Origin: a virus
Direction: 5' to 3' (one strand)
Virus record (IMG/VR): IMGVR_UViG_3300042505_001173
Location: 83,619-147,618 of that record
DNA length: 64,000 nucleotides
The notes under the pieces: generated by a model
What the model was told of the DNA's origin: nothing
Seen by the model: only the letters and a program-made list of their open reading frames with translations
Databases searched by the model: none
Made by a program: the position numbers and the translations under genes
In this document: positions 9,008-18,700 of the stretch, in pieces
Layout of the letters: each line of letters opens with the position of its first letter
Position numbering within the stretch: position 1 is the first letter of the stretch

Positions 9008-9739
9008 TTACTTTAATGATAACGATCTATCAAATGCATCAATATAATAATCGTGTAATTTGTCTAAGTAATTAGAATTTCGTAAATCTTTAAATACTAA
9101 ATTTTCAATTGAGAACTCACCGCCTCGTTCGAGTCCAGCTTGTCTCATATTTTTGATTTTTTTACGAAGTTCTTTAATTTTAGCGCAATTTTTACTATCT
9201 TTAAATCCGTCAATGCGTTGTTTTAAAGCTTGTGATTTTACATTGATAGCGTATTCGTTTACTTCACGTTCAATTCCTTTTTTACGTTTGGGTTGAGTAA
9301 CCCATTCGTCATTTTGCAAGCTGTACACGCCAGTTGAATGGTGTGGCTCATCTTCTAGTTGTGTATAAACTTCAACAGGAAAATTAAAGATTGTAATATC
9401 GTGTAAATCATTCCATATCTGATTTTTATCTTTTAATATATCAGCTAATTCAAACCCGCATTCACCGCAGTCTGAGTCACTTTTATTAATTATAACATGA
9501 ACATCGATATCTGAAAATCTGGTATAGTTATAATTTGCTAAACTACCAGTCATTACGATGTCAGTTATATGATACATAGGATCAAGATCTAAATTTTCAA
9601 AATATAAGTTAGCAATTTTTAACAATTGACGTCTTACTTTTGCTTTTAGTTTGTTGTTGTCCCATAATCTTGAATTTAATTCAGAATGATATTCGAAACT
9701 GTATGATTCGATTAAGAATTGTGTTAATGATTGTTTCAT
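9008..9739 (-). CDS. Pol-beta superfamily nucleotidyltransferase
   Basis: GSLANYNY...SDIDVH signature, downstream PVEVY; TATAAATA at 9771-9778 upstream. Confidence 0.75.
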   Translation of the reverse strand: MKQSLTQFLIESYSFEYHSELNSRLWDNNKLKAKVRRQLLKIANLYFENLDLDPMYHITDIVMTGSLANYNYTRFSDIDVHVIINKSDSDCGECGFELADILKDKNQIWNDLHDITIFNFPVEVYTQLEDEPHHSTGVYSLQNDEWVTQPKRKKGIEREVNEYAINVKSQALKQRIDGFKDSKNCAKIKELRKKIKNMRQAGLERGGEFSIENLVFKDLRNSNYLDKLHDYYIDAFDRSLSLK

Positions 9740-9817
9740 AATTGTTTTTTCTAAATTGTGATAAACAACATATTTATATGAGAATCAGTATAGATAACGT
9801 ATAACTATTAAGCTATC

Positions 9818-10462
9818 TTAACAATTCCATTTTTTTAATGCTAAAGCTTTACGTGTAGGTTTACCATGTTTGTCTTTCATTGGTCCTTTAACACCGCTCA
9901 TTCTAGCACAAAAGCTTTTACGTCTTTTATAAGCTTTACTATCTTTCTTTAATTTACTTGGTTTGGTTGTTACAGCTGTCTGCAATTTACTACCAGGATG
10001 TTCTTTACGGTAGCTTGCTACACCTTTTGCGTTTAAACCACCGTTTTTATTTTTACCTTCTTTACGAGTCCATGCAGCAGCTTCAAAAAGCTCATCATCA
10101 CTTACAGACTCAAAATCATCCCAAATAACATCGCTATCAACACCATGATGAATAGCTAAATTATCTACCATAGTTTCAATCATATCAAACATTTCATGAA
10201 CAGATGGGTTAATACCACGTTGTTCTTGACTTTGCAAATAATCCCAAACTGATACAAGAATATACTCAGCTTTAGCTATTTTTTCTTGAACCCATTCAGG
10301 TAAATTCTCATTTTTTTCAATTGTCTTCATTAGACCCGATGCAGCACGGGCAATCGTGAGTAGATGACCGTGAGCAGTGCCTGCTTCATCATTATACTCA
10401 GAATTCATATTTTCGTTAGCAACCGTGCTAACACGAGTGGTTAATATATCATTTACTTTCAT
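9818..10462 (-). CDS. conserved large-phage protein (RRKSFCARM motif family)
   Basis: LPEWVQEKIAKA and EAAAWTRKEGKN..GGLN..RRKSFCARM motifs seen in T4-like phages; TATAAATA at 10488-10495. Confidence 0.65.
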   Translation of the reverse strand: MKVNDILTTRVSTVANENMNSEYNDEAGTAHGHLLTIARAASGLMKTIEKNENLPEWVQEKIAKAEYILVSVWDYLQSQEQRGINPSVHEMFDMIETMVDNLAIHHGVDSDVIWDDFESVSDDELFEAAAWTRKEGKNKNGGLNAKGVASYRKEHPGSKLQTAVTTKPSKLKKDSKAYKRRKSFCARMSGVKGPMKDKHGKPTRKALALKKWNC

Positions 10463-10526
10463 AGTTGTATCTCCATTATATTAGGAATATTTATAAAAGT
10501 AATATCAGTACTGTTTTTAATGACAT

Positions 10527-10565
10527 AAAAAAAAGACTTAACTGAAAAAACAGTAAGTCTTTTTT
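10527..10565 (-). terminator. intrinsic terminator of the YrlA-like RNA
   Basis: AAAAGACTTA/TAAGTCTTTT hairpin flanked by A and T runs. Confidence 0.75.
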
Positions 10566-10570
10566 AATAC

Positions 10571-10684
10571 AAGATTCATTTTAATTTCAATTATTCTACC
10601 AACTGAACTACATAACCTTTCGGTTATGGTGGGAATCGAACCCACGACACATTGATTCCGATTATATATTGCTGTTAGAATCTT
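10571..10684 (-). ncRNA. YrlA-like Y RNA (circularly permuted tRNA mimic)
   Basis: 5'-AAGATTC-TA-ACAGCAA...TCAAT-GTGTC-GTGGG TTCGATT CCCAC (T arm)-CATAACC GAAA GGTTATG (acceptor stem closed by a tetraloop)-TA-GTTC AGTTGGTA GAAT (D arm)-A-ATTGA...GAATCTT-3'. Confidence 0.85.
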
Positions 10685-10697
10685 AACTTCAAATACA

Positions 10698-10726
10698 ATT
10701 ATAATATGTTATATAGTATTGATCAA
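10698..10726 (-). promoter_or_regulatory. sigma70-type promoter for the YrlA-like RNA
   Basis: TTGATC-17-TATAAT. Confidence 0.8.
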
Positions 10727-10810
10727 CTGTTTTTATATGGTTCACAATAGAGTTTATCTACTATTGTCATACATACTAATCCTTTATTTTTAAGTGTTTT
10801 TTAGGATTGG

Positions 10811-12010
10811 TTAATAATTAATTTCAATTAACGGAAATAGCAATCTAAATGCTGTACCGTGGTTTGATTCAGCTGTATTTGAGTCGACGATAATATGACC
10901 ATTAGCGTCATGTACCATACCGCTAACGGTTGACAATCCTAAGCCTGTACCTTCACCAATAGGTTTTGTAGTAAAAAATGGATCAAAAATATGATCAATT
11001 ACAGTTTGATCAATACCTGTACCAGTATCTAGAACACGTAATTCAATATAATCATTTGAAATAATATGTTGAGCACACGATGTACAAATTTGATTATGAA
11101 TATTGACTTGTTTTAATGAAACTACAATAGTACCACCATTTTTCATGGAATCACGAGCATTAATAATCAAATTAGTTAAAATTTGATGTAAATCAATAGC
11201 ATCTATTTGAATATCAAGATAGTTGTCGACATTTGTTTCAAGGTGAAACCTACTAGTTAATGCTGGACCTACCATTGATGCAACATCGTATATTACTTCT
11301 TGTGTTGGTCGTATTTCTATATCTTTATCAGCTGAGTTTTGACGTGAATAAGCTAGCATTTTACTAATCAAGCTAGATGCGCGTTTACTAGCAACGTTAA
11401 CTGCGTTTACATTGTATATAAAGTCAGCTTTGCGTTGTTCATCCGGACAATCTTCTGCTAATAATAAGTTGAGTTCGTTGTAACCTAATATACAGTTTAA
11501 AATATTATTAAAATCGTGTGCTATACCTGCTGTTAACCGACTAAGGCTTTCGATTTTTTGCATCTGGTTAACTTGTTTGTTTAATAATAGTAAAGCGGCT
11601 TTATTTTTTTCACGCTCAGTAATATCTTTAAACACACCCATATAGCCAATTATATTACCGTCATCGTCATTAATTGTAGATGGTCTAACAGATACTTGAT
11701 GTTTACCTAACGTCATTGTAAACTCTTGACAGCTTGATAATTTTTTGATTAGTTCTTTTTGATTGTTAGTATTTTTATGAAACATAACAATATTAACGCC
11801 AATCATTTTATTAACGTTAAAAGATGGGAATTTTTTTTGAATCTCTGATTCTGCAGCAGTAAAAATTTTTACTGCGCTATCATTATAATAAACAACGTTG
11901 CGATCTGCATCTGTAATAACAACAGCATCGTTTAATGAATTTAAACCTTTTGTTAGACGAAAATTACATAGACTGAGATTTTCATTGGGTGTAGCTGTTA
12001 TTGTTGGCAT
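10811..12010 (-). CDS. PAS-domain sensor histidine kinase, cytoplasmic, no receiver domain
   Basis: N-terminal PAS; H box GIAHDFNN, N box NLIINARD, G1 DTGTG, F box FDPFFTTK, G2 GTGLGL. Confidence 0.92.
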   Translation of the reverse strand: MPTITATPNENLSLCNFRLTKGLNSLNDAVVITDADRNVVYYNDSAVKIFTAAESEIQKKFPSFNVNKMIGVNIVMFHKNTNNQKELIKKLSSCQEFTMTLGKHQVSVRPSTINDDDGNIIGYMGVFKDITEREKNKAALLLLNKQVNQMQKIESLSRLTAGIAHDFNNILNCILGYNELNLLLAEDCPDEQRKADFIYNVNAVNVASKRASSLISKMLAYSRQNSADKDIEIRPTQEVIYDVASMVGPALTSRFHLETNVDNYLDIQIDAIDLHQILTNLIINARDSMKNGGTIVVSLKQVNIHNQICTSCAQHIISNDYIELRVLDTGTGIDQTVIDHIFDPFFTTKPIGEGTGLGLSTVSGMVHDANGHIIVDSNTAESNHGTAFRLLFPLIEINY

Positions 12011-12103
12011 TCGGTGATCCTTTTAGTTGAAAATGTGTTTACCGATAAACCGCCCCATGTATACCATACAAAACATCCTGATATAATGTATTTATTAATT
12101 ATT

Positions 12104-12135
12104 TTATAGAGGGTTAGCAATGTAACCCTCTATAA
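12104..12135 (-). terminator. terminator hairpin after HU
   Basis: TTATAGAGGGTTA/TAACCCTCTATAA inverted repeat. Confidence 0.6.
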
Positions 12136-12143
12136 TTAGCTAG

Positions 12144-12425
12144 TTAATCAATATCGTTAACAGCTACTTTTAAAGATTTACCAACTTTAAAAACAGGTAT
12201 TTTAGCTGCTTTAATTTCAACAGGCTCACCTGATTTTGGATTACGTCCAACACGTGCAGCTCGTTCTCTAATATCCCAAGTACCAAACCCAGTTAAAATA
12301 ACAGGTTCACCTTGACTCAAGACATGAGTAACAGATGAAATAAAACCATCTAATGCACGAGATGATTCACCTTTTGTTAAACCTGATGCTTCTGCAATTG
12401 CGCCAATTAATTCCGATTTATTCAT
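12144..12425 (-). CDS. hup: HU-family DNA-binding protein
   Basis: MNKSELI start at 12425; GFGTW, ARVGRNPKSGE, PVFK. Confidence 0.92.
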   Translation of the reverse strand: MNKSELIGAIAEASGLTKGESSRALDGFISSVTHVLSQGEPVILTGFGTWDIRERAARVGRNPKSGEPVEIKAAKIPVFKVGKSLKVAVNDID

Positions 12426-12459
12426 TTTTAAGCCAGTACGGGTATATAGGTTGATTGAT

Positions 12460-12750
12460 TTATTCAACAGCCAATGCAAATTTTGGGATGCCGCCACCTT
12501 CATTCATTTCAATGAAAGTAGCGTTTTTAAGAGTTCCATCAACTTCATCATCAAAACATTTACAAACTTCAAAACCATTTAACGTAGTTTTGATAAAAAA
12601 TAATATTTTCTTACCAATTTTTGAGTTATAATAATCTGAAATTTCTGCTTCATTTTGCCCATTTTCGACGCGGTGAGATATCATTTTTGATATTTCATCA
12701 GAATCTAACGGAGTAGCTAATTCTAATTGTGTTTTAAAATACTCTAACAT
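12460..12750 (-). CDS. hypothetical protein
   Basis: 96-aa ORF in the operon. Confidence 0.6.
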   Translation of the reverse strand: MLEYFKTQLELATPLDSDEISKMISHRVENGQNEAEISDYYNSKIGKKILFFIKTTLNGFEVCKCFDDEVDGTLKNATFIEMNEGGGIPKFALAVE

Positions 12751-12753
12751 AAA

Positions 12754-13026
12754 TTAACCTGTACGTTTAATGATATGCCAACCAAAGTTGGTTTTAATAG
12801 GTTGACTAATTTTTTCAATATCTAATGCAAATGCTGCTTCTTCAAATGGTCTAACCATTTGATTACGACCAAACGGTCCTAAATACCCACCTTCCTTACC
12901 GCTAGGACACGTACTGTGAACTTTTGCAAGTTCAGTAAAATCAGCACCGCCGTTAATCTGGTTTAAAAGGTTAATAGCTTGCTGTTCATCAGCTACTAAA
13001 ATATGACTTGCTTTAATTACTGTCAT
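12754..13026 (-). CDS. ppiC: parvulin-type peptidyl-prolyl isomerase
   Basis: ASHILV, F.ELAK.HS.CPSG..GG.LG.F, MV.PFE.AAF, FGWHII; start MTVIK at 13026 (the longer call overlaps tRNA-Gln). Confidence 0.92.
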   Translation of the reverse strand: MTVIKASHILVADEQQAINLLNQINGGADFTELAKVHSTCPSGKEGGYLGPFGRNQMVRPFEEAAFALDIEKISQPIKTNFGWHIIKRTG

Positions 13027-13044
13027 TGTATTTCTCTTATTGAT

Positions 13045-13118
13045 TGGAAGGCCTGAGAGGAATTGAACCCCTACTAAATCCGTCAAAGGGACTTGTGCAA
13101 CCACTACACCACAGGCCA
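13045..13118 (-). tRNA. tRNA-Gln(UUG)
   Basis: Cloverleaf: anticodon arm AGTCC-CTTTGAC-GGATT, T arm AGGGG-TTCAATT-CCTCT, encoded CCA. Confidence 0.88.
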
Positions 13119-13132
13119 ATAATATTGATTAA

Positions 13133-13312
13133 TTATAATGCATCTTCTTCATTATAATCAACAGGTAATTCACGTTTTTTGTGTTTATGCATTCTTGATT
13201 CCGAACAATAAGCACATGCCCCATGGTTGCGACATGTACGATCAAATGCTTTTGCATTATAAAAAGACTTACGATGATCTTTTCTGTTTGGATAATTTTT
13301 ATCGAATGACAT
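13133..13312 (-). CDS. small basic Cys/His-containing hypothetical protein
   Basis: Start MSFDK at 13312 avoids overlap with tRNA-Pro; D.TCRNHG.C..C motif. Confidence 0.6.
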   Translation of the reverse strand: MSFDKNYPNRKDHRKSFYNAKAFDRTCRNHGACAYCSESRMHKHKKRELPVDYNEEDAL

Positions 13313-13334
13313 AATAATTACCATATAACGTGTA

Positions 13335-13411
13335 TGGTCTCTCATATTCGGTTCGAACGAATGGCCTCACCGTCCCAAGCGGTGCGCTCTACCAGACTGA
13401 GCTAATGAGAG
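13335..13411 (-). tRNA. tRNA-Pro(UGG)
   Basis: Acceptor CTCTCAT/ATGAGAG, D arm GCTC..GAGC, anticodon arm CACCG-CTTGGGA-CGGTG, T loop TTCGAAC, CCA. Confidence 0.92.
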
Positions 13412-13417
13412 AATAAC

Positions 13418-13493
13418 TGATCAGAGTGGAGAGAATCAAACTCCCTTAACTAGTGGATTTAAGACTAGCGATCAACCAATGAAACACACTCTA
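13418..13493 (-). pseudogene. degenerate tRNA-like gene
   Basis: Acceptor TAGAGTG/CACTCTG, 9-nt loop in CTAGT-CTTAAATCC-ACTAG, T loop TTTGATT, ends in TCA. Confidence 0.65.
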
Positions 13494-13570
13494 TAAAAAC
13501 TTATTTATTACGTATAACAATGAGTTAGGAAAACCAGTGTAAATTGACGAGGTATCTAGCTCATGTCAGT

Positions 13571-13599
13571 AGTATAAATGTATTAACGTAAAGCATCAA
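13571..13599 (-). promoter_or_regulatory. sigma70-type promoter for the tRNA/ppiC/HU cluster
   Basis: TTGATG-17-TATACT. Confidence 0.65.
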
Positions 13600-13629
13600 C
13601 TTATTTTTTACTATGACAACGTTTGGTAG

Positions 13630-13658
13630 TTGAATTTGCACATTAAATCTTATATAAT
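13630..13658 (+). promoter_or_regulatory. sigma70-type promoter for the helicase
   Basis: TTGAAT-17-TATAAT. Confidence 0.7.
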
Positions 13659-13689
13659 ATTGATTTTAATATAAAAAAAGAATAATACA

Positions 13690-15273
13690 ATGACTATATT
13701 AGACCATTTCGCACTCGATAAACCAAGAAAGACACAAATTGAAACACTAAACTGGGTAGCAAAGAATATAAGTAAAAAATATATTTTTTGTGAGTTACCA
13801 GTAGGTGCAGGTAAAAGTCCAATTGCTGTAACAGTTGCTGATTATCTGCAAGATGGTACTAAAAAATCATCGTTTATATTGACACCTCAAAAAATCCTAC
13901 AGAACCAATATGAAAAAACGTTCATCAAAAAAGATGATGATCGATATTTCAAATCATTATACGGTAAGAGTAATTACCGGTGTTCTGGTAAAGGTACGAC
14001 ATGTGATGTTGGCGCAATTATCAAACCAAAATGTGGGAACTGTCCACATTCAAATGCTGTTATGACTGCATCAAAATCAGAGCATGTTGTAATGAGTTAC
14101 GCATTAGCTATTCGTTCTTTTAAGTATACAAAAGTATTTAAAAAACGTGAAGTACTGATAATGGACGAATGCCATCAATTAGAAGACATATTAACTGAGT
14201 ATAACAATCTTACTATACTGAAATCAGCATGTGATAAACATCATATCAAATGGAATGTTAGCTCATCAATATTAAACACGTATAATTGGTTAGAGAACAT
14301 CTACATACCTGCTATGAAAGATGTATGTACTACGTTAGAAGATGAATGTGGACCATTATTAGAAGATGGTTACAATATTACTGGTCCTGATATTGCACGG
14401 TTAAAGACGTTGGTATCAATGCAGGAACATATTGAGTTGTTATCTGAGTTTGTTAGTCAAACAGTTGAAGAAATAACTGAAAAATATATTTTAAATGTAG
14501 ACGATAAAAATATTAAGTTCAAATACTTATACGGAGCTGAAAACTTTCATAATATATTAGAACCGATGGCGAGTAAATTTTTATTTCTATCTGCAACTAT
14601 ATTTGATCATGAAGAGTTCTGTAAGAATTTAAACATTCCATTAAGTCAAACATGTTTTATATCAATGGACTCAGAATTTGACGTTGATAACAGACCAGTA
14701 TTATATCATCCAATAATGAAAATGAATTACGGATGGAATGATCAAAAGAATTACGAACAGCGTAAAGCAATGGTAGAAGCTATTCTTAATATCTTAAATG
14801 AGCATCCAACAGAGAAAGGTATAGTACATACCGGTAATTTTGCTATTGCGCAATGGTTAACATCTGAGTTGCGCAATTCGAAACATGTAATCTTGCATCA
14901 TAATCCTGGATCTAATCTAAAGCGAGATACAGTAATTGATCAATTTACAGGTATGAAAAAACCTGCATTATTAATATCACCATCTATAACAGAAGGGTTA
15001 GATTTAGTTGACGATAAGGGTAGGTTTGCAATATTCGTAAAAATTCCATTTGGTACATTAGGAGATCCATGGGTTAAAGCAAGAATGTCATTATCGCAGA
15101 AATGGTATTTGCTAAAAGCGATGACAGATGTCATACAAGGTGGTGGTAGAGTTGTACGTACACCAGAGGATTATGGAACAGTGTATATTTTAGATGAGAG
15201 TTTTCAATCATTGTATGACAGAACAAAGCAATATATTCCACAATGGTGGAAATCAGCATTACATAAACTTTAA
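13690..15273 (+). CDS. DinG/XPD-family SF2 helicase
   Basis: PVGAGKS Walker A, four-Cys cluster (C-C-C-C), DECH, LSAT, EGLD, QGGGRVVR, ILD. Confidence 0.88.
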   Translation: MTILDHFALDKPRKTQIETLNWVAKNISKKYIFCELPVGAGKSPIAVTVADYLQDGTKKSSFILTPQKILQNQYEKTFIKKDDDRYFKSLYGKSNYRCSGKGTTCDVGAIIKPKCGNCPHSNAVMTASKSEHVVMSYALAIRSFKYTKVFKKREVLIMDECHQLEDILTEYNNLTILKSACDKHHIKWNVSSSILNTYNWLENIYIPAMKDVCTTLEDECGPLLEDGYNITGPDIARLKTLVSMQEHIELLSEFVSQTVEEITEKYILNVDDKNIKFKYLYGAENFHNILEPMASKFLFLSATIFDHEEFCKNLNIPLSQTCFISMDSEFDVDNRPVLYHPIMKMNYGWNDQKNYEQRKAMVEAILNILNEHPTEKGIVHTGNFAIAQWLTSELRNSKHVILHHNPGSNLKRDTVIDQFTGMKKPALLISPSITEGLDLVDDKGRFAIFVKIPFGTLGDPWVKARMSLSQKWYLLKAMTDVIQGGGRVVRTPEDYGTVYILDESFQSLYDRTKQYIPQWWKSALHKL

Positions 15274-15354
15274 CATAAAAAATAGTTGAATAAATAATCA
15301 AGCTTAATTACTATACTAATTAGTTCATTTTATTAACACACATACGGAGTTACA

Positions 15355-15621
15355 ATGGCAACAACCACACTTACAATTAAAGATCAAGAAATCGCAGTAG
15401 CTGATTTACCAACGAACATTCAACAAGCAGTCGCTTTTTATGATGAAGCTGAAGTACGTTTACGTAAAGCTGAAGCTGATTTAGTATTAGCGTCATCTGC
15501 TAGTAAATGGTTAGTTTCAGATATTACACGTTTAGTTGATACTTGGATGAACGAAGAAAAAGCTGAAGAAGTAGCTGAAGGTGCAGAAGCTGAAACAGTA
15601 GAAGAAGCTGCTGCTGAGTAA
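15355..15621 (+). CDS. hypothetical acidic protein
   Basis: GGAG RBS, own promoter (TTGAAT-17-TACTAT, 15286-15314) and terminator. Confidence 0.75.
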   Translation: MATTTLTIKDQEIAVADLPTNIQQAVAFYDEAEVRLRKAEADLVLASSASKWLVSDITRLVDTWMNEEKAEEVAEGAEAETVEEAAAE

Positions 15622-15636
15622 TAGCTTTATAATAGC

Positions 15637-15669
15637 AAAAACCTCAAGATACTATCTTGAGGTTTTTTT
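15637..15669 (+). terminator. intrinsic terminator
   Basis: AAAACCTCAAGAT/ATCTTGAGGTTTT hairpin plus T run. Confidence 0.8.
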
Positions 15670-15723
15670 ATGTTTTTTAGAAACTAAATATATGTTTGAA
15701 TAATACACCTATGATGAGTCTGT

Positions 15724-18700
15724 ATGTCTCTTACTGATAAAATACTTAAATTCTCTGACACAATTAAACCTATTATAATTGTTAAAGACGATGAAATCGA
15801 CGATACATCGACATCGTTAACATTATGCCCGTATAATAGTTTAAACAGTACTAATATTATCAACACTAGTGCGTTAAGGTTAATGGAACATTTTTGTAGT
15901 CCTACAGTACCTCCTCATTCTACAGCTGGTCAACTATGGGTAGATACTAGTGGTGCTCCAAATGAACCAGATAGACTAAAAGTTTACATACCTCAAAACC
16001 CAGGTGCACTAGTTTATATGGATGTCGCAGGTACTGTAATATCAAGAACGGGTACATTAAGACATACTGGCCAGATTAAAGCTTTTAATGATTACAACAA
16101 TATACTAAAGTATATAAGTGGTGCACCAAGTGCACCACCTTCAAGTACACCTGGTACTGGAACGGTAACAGTGACTGGAACACCAACAGTTGGTCAAGTA
16201 CTAACAGCATCAGTGACTAATTTAGTTGACCCTGATGGTATATCTAGTGCTACATATACATACTACTGGTATTCGGGTATCGTACCTACTTGGTCATTAG
16301 TATCTGTAGGTGCAATACCTTCGGTTCCCACTTACACATTAGCACAATCAGATGTTGGTAATAATATAGTTGTTATTGTAAGTTATACAGATGACGCAGG
16401 TAATTATAATGTTTTAGGTAGTTCGTTTATAGGGCCTGTTACAGCTGCATCAGCTACACCTCCAACGACGCTAACCCAACCATTAGAAATTAGAATAAAA
16501 GGTCTAAGCGTTGCACCAACAACACTATCGGTTGATATTAGTAGTTTAACAGCTGCGGGGTTAACGGTAGGTGGGTATCAATGGTCAAGAAACACAATGT
16601 ACGGGATGAACACCTTAATTGGTGAAAACAATCCGACTTTTGCGACAATTTACTCTGGTAACACCAGTGTTACTATACAGGCAAGTGATAATAACATATA
16701 CAGTGCTAATGTTATTGTTGGTAGTTTTCTTGACCCAAAATATCATTTACCGGAAGGTCCAATATACTTAACAGGAACGTCAGAAGCGGGGACAATAATA
16801 ACAGTTGATACGTCACAGCTTGTAATACAAGAACCGCTTGTATCTGCTCCTAATGATTATGGTCCCCCTAGATTTTATTATCAATGGGAAATGGCTGTAT
16901 CTCCTACCCCTTGGCAAAATGTTGGGACAGACAGTCCAACATTCACAATACCACTCAACGCTGTTGGATCTAAGGTTAGATGTAACGTAACATTTTATAT
17001 ACAAAGTACTGCTGTACCATCTGTACCATCACAAAAAGTCGTTTTAGGGCGAACCACAGGTTTTGTAACAATAACACCTGCTGTAAGTTTGGGAGCTACA
17101 CCTTCAGCTGTATCAGGATTAGGTTTAATAACAGGTACACCAGCTGTTGGATCTGTGTTAACGGTATCGACAAGTGGTATATCCAGTACTAACGGGATGA
17201 CCAATGTTACATTTGCGTATGAATGGCATGCAGGTTTTCCGGGATTTCCAAAGACCGTTATTGGTACAAACACAAACACATATACAGTAGCATCAACTAA
17301 TGTTGGAAAATATATAAGCGTCACTATTAGCTTTACAGATAATGCAAACAACAATATAGTAGTAGGAAGTAACGTTGTTGGTTTAATCCCTGTAGTTCCA
17401 GCAGTACCGTTAGCGCCAGTAGGTTCAAACGCTACAGCGCTACTAGCATATTCTAAATTTGAAACAACAAAAAGATATTGTGATGAAAATTACTTATCGG
17501 GAATGACAGAAGATGATACGTTTTATGTTCGAAATGATAGACGTATTGTATATACTTCAGATGTAGCATATACCGCTCCATTAGCGTCACCTGATAGTGA
17601 TGAAGCTGCATTTTTACCACGTAAATATATTGATGATAATTATTTAAACGGGTTTAATAACCCAGATAATACGTTTACCATAACGGATAATAAACCACTA
17701 TATTACACAGTAGATCGAGTACCGACCGACTTATACGAACTAGTTACAAAAAAATATGTATATGATGTTAACGCTACACTAGTTCAAGCTTATTCTAGTC
17801 AATTTCAAGCGTTATTAGATAGGTTAAATCTTGCGTTCGCTAAGGTATCTGCTGCTAGAGATAGTGCTGAAGCAGCTTACCAAGCATTTCTCGCACTACC
17901 ATCACCTACAGCAGACACTCCTATAGATGGTGGTACAATATTGCGTGAAGACATATCTTTACCGACCGTTGATTCATATTCAGGTGTAAATACAAGCCCT
18001 CCACTATCAGGTACTATTACTACATTACCAGCTTTAACAGCAGGTGCTACATATGAGGTAAAAGTCGATGGTATTCTCGCAACCGGTGTTGTCATATCAG
18101 GTTTTAGATGGTCATTAGATTCAACAAGTTACGCTTGGACTGCTCCATCTACTCATACTATTTTAGTTAAACGTACTGAAACCTCTGGTACAAGTTACGA
18201 AAGTGTCGGTGCAAGTCAGATAAACATTACAGCATTGCCTGTGCCTCAAGTTCCAACGATATCACCAGCAGCTGGAACCACAACATTGCCAATAGAAGTA
18301 CCAGATATTGAAGATATACAAATATCAGGCACAGTAGGTACGACCGTGTTAGGTACTGGCGAACAATTTAATGTTACCGTTAAGAAAGTAGGTGCAGCTG
18401 TGGGTTTAATTATACCATCTACTAGTTTAGTTGTAACCGGTACAACATGGACGTTAGCGTTACCGTTGCTAGCGCTAGGGACCACATACGATGTCACAGC
18501 TACTAGAACTGATGCAGCAGGTGTTGCAACTAGCGACCCAACTTCAGGTGAGTTAGTGGTAACAACACCAGCTAATGTTGTGCCACCAACACTTACACCA
18601 ATGGTAACAAGTAGAAAATGGCCAGTGATTAAAGGAACAGTAGGTACAATACCAATTACAGCTGGTCAAGATTTCAAAGTAAAAATTAATAACCTTGATT

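Noticed and set aside
10571-10684. Ordinary tRNA gene
   Set aside because: T arm precedes D arm, acceptor ends are joined by GAAA, and there is no anticodon loop or CCA
13027-13119. Longer parvulin N-terminus
   Set aside because: Coincides with tRNA-Gln; the parvulin domain starts at 13026
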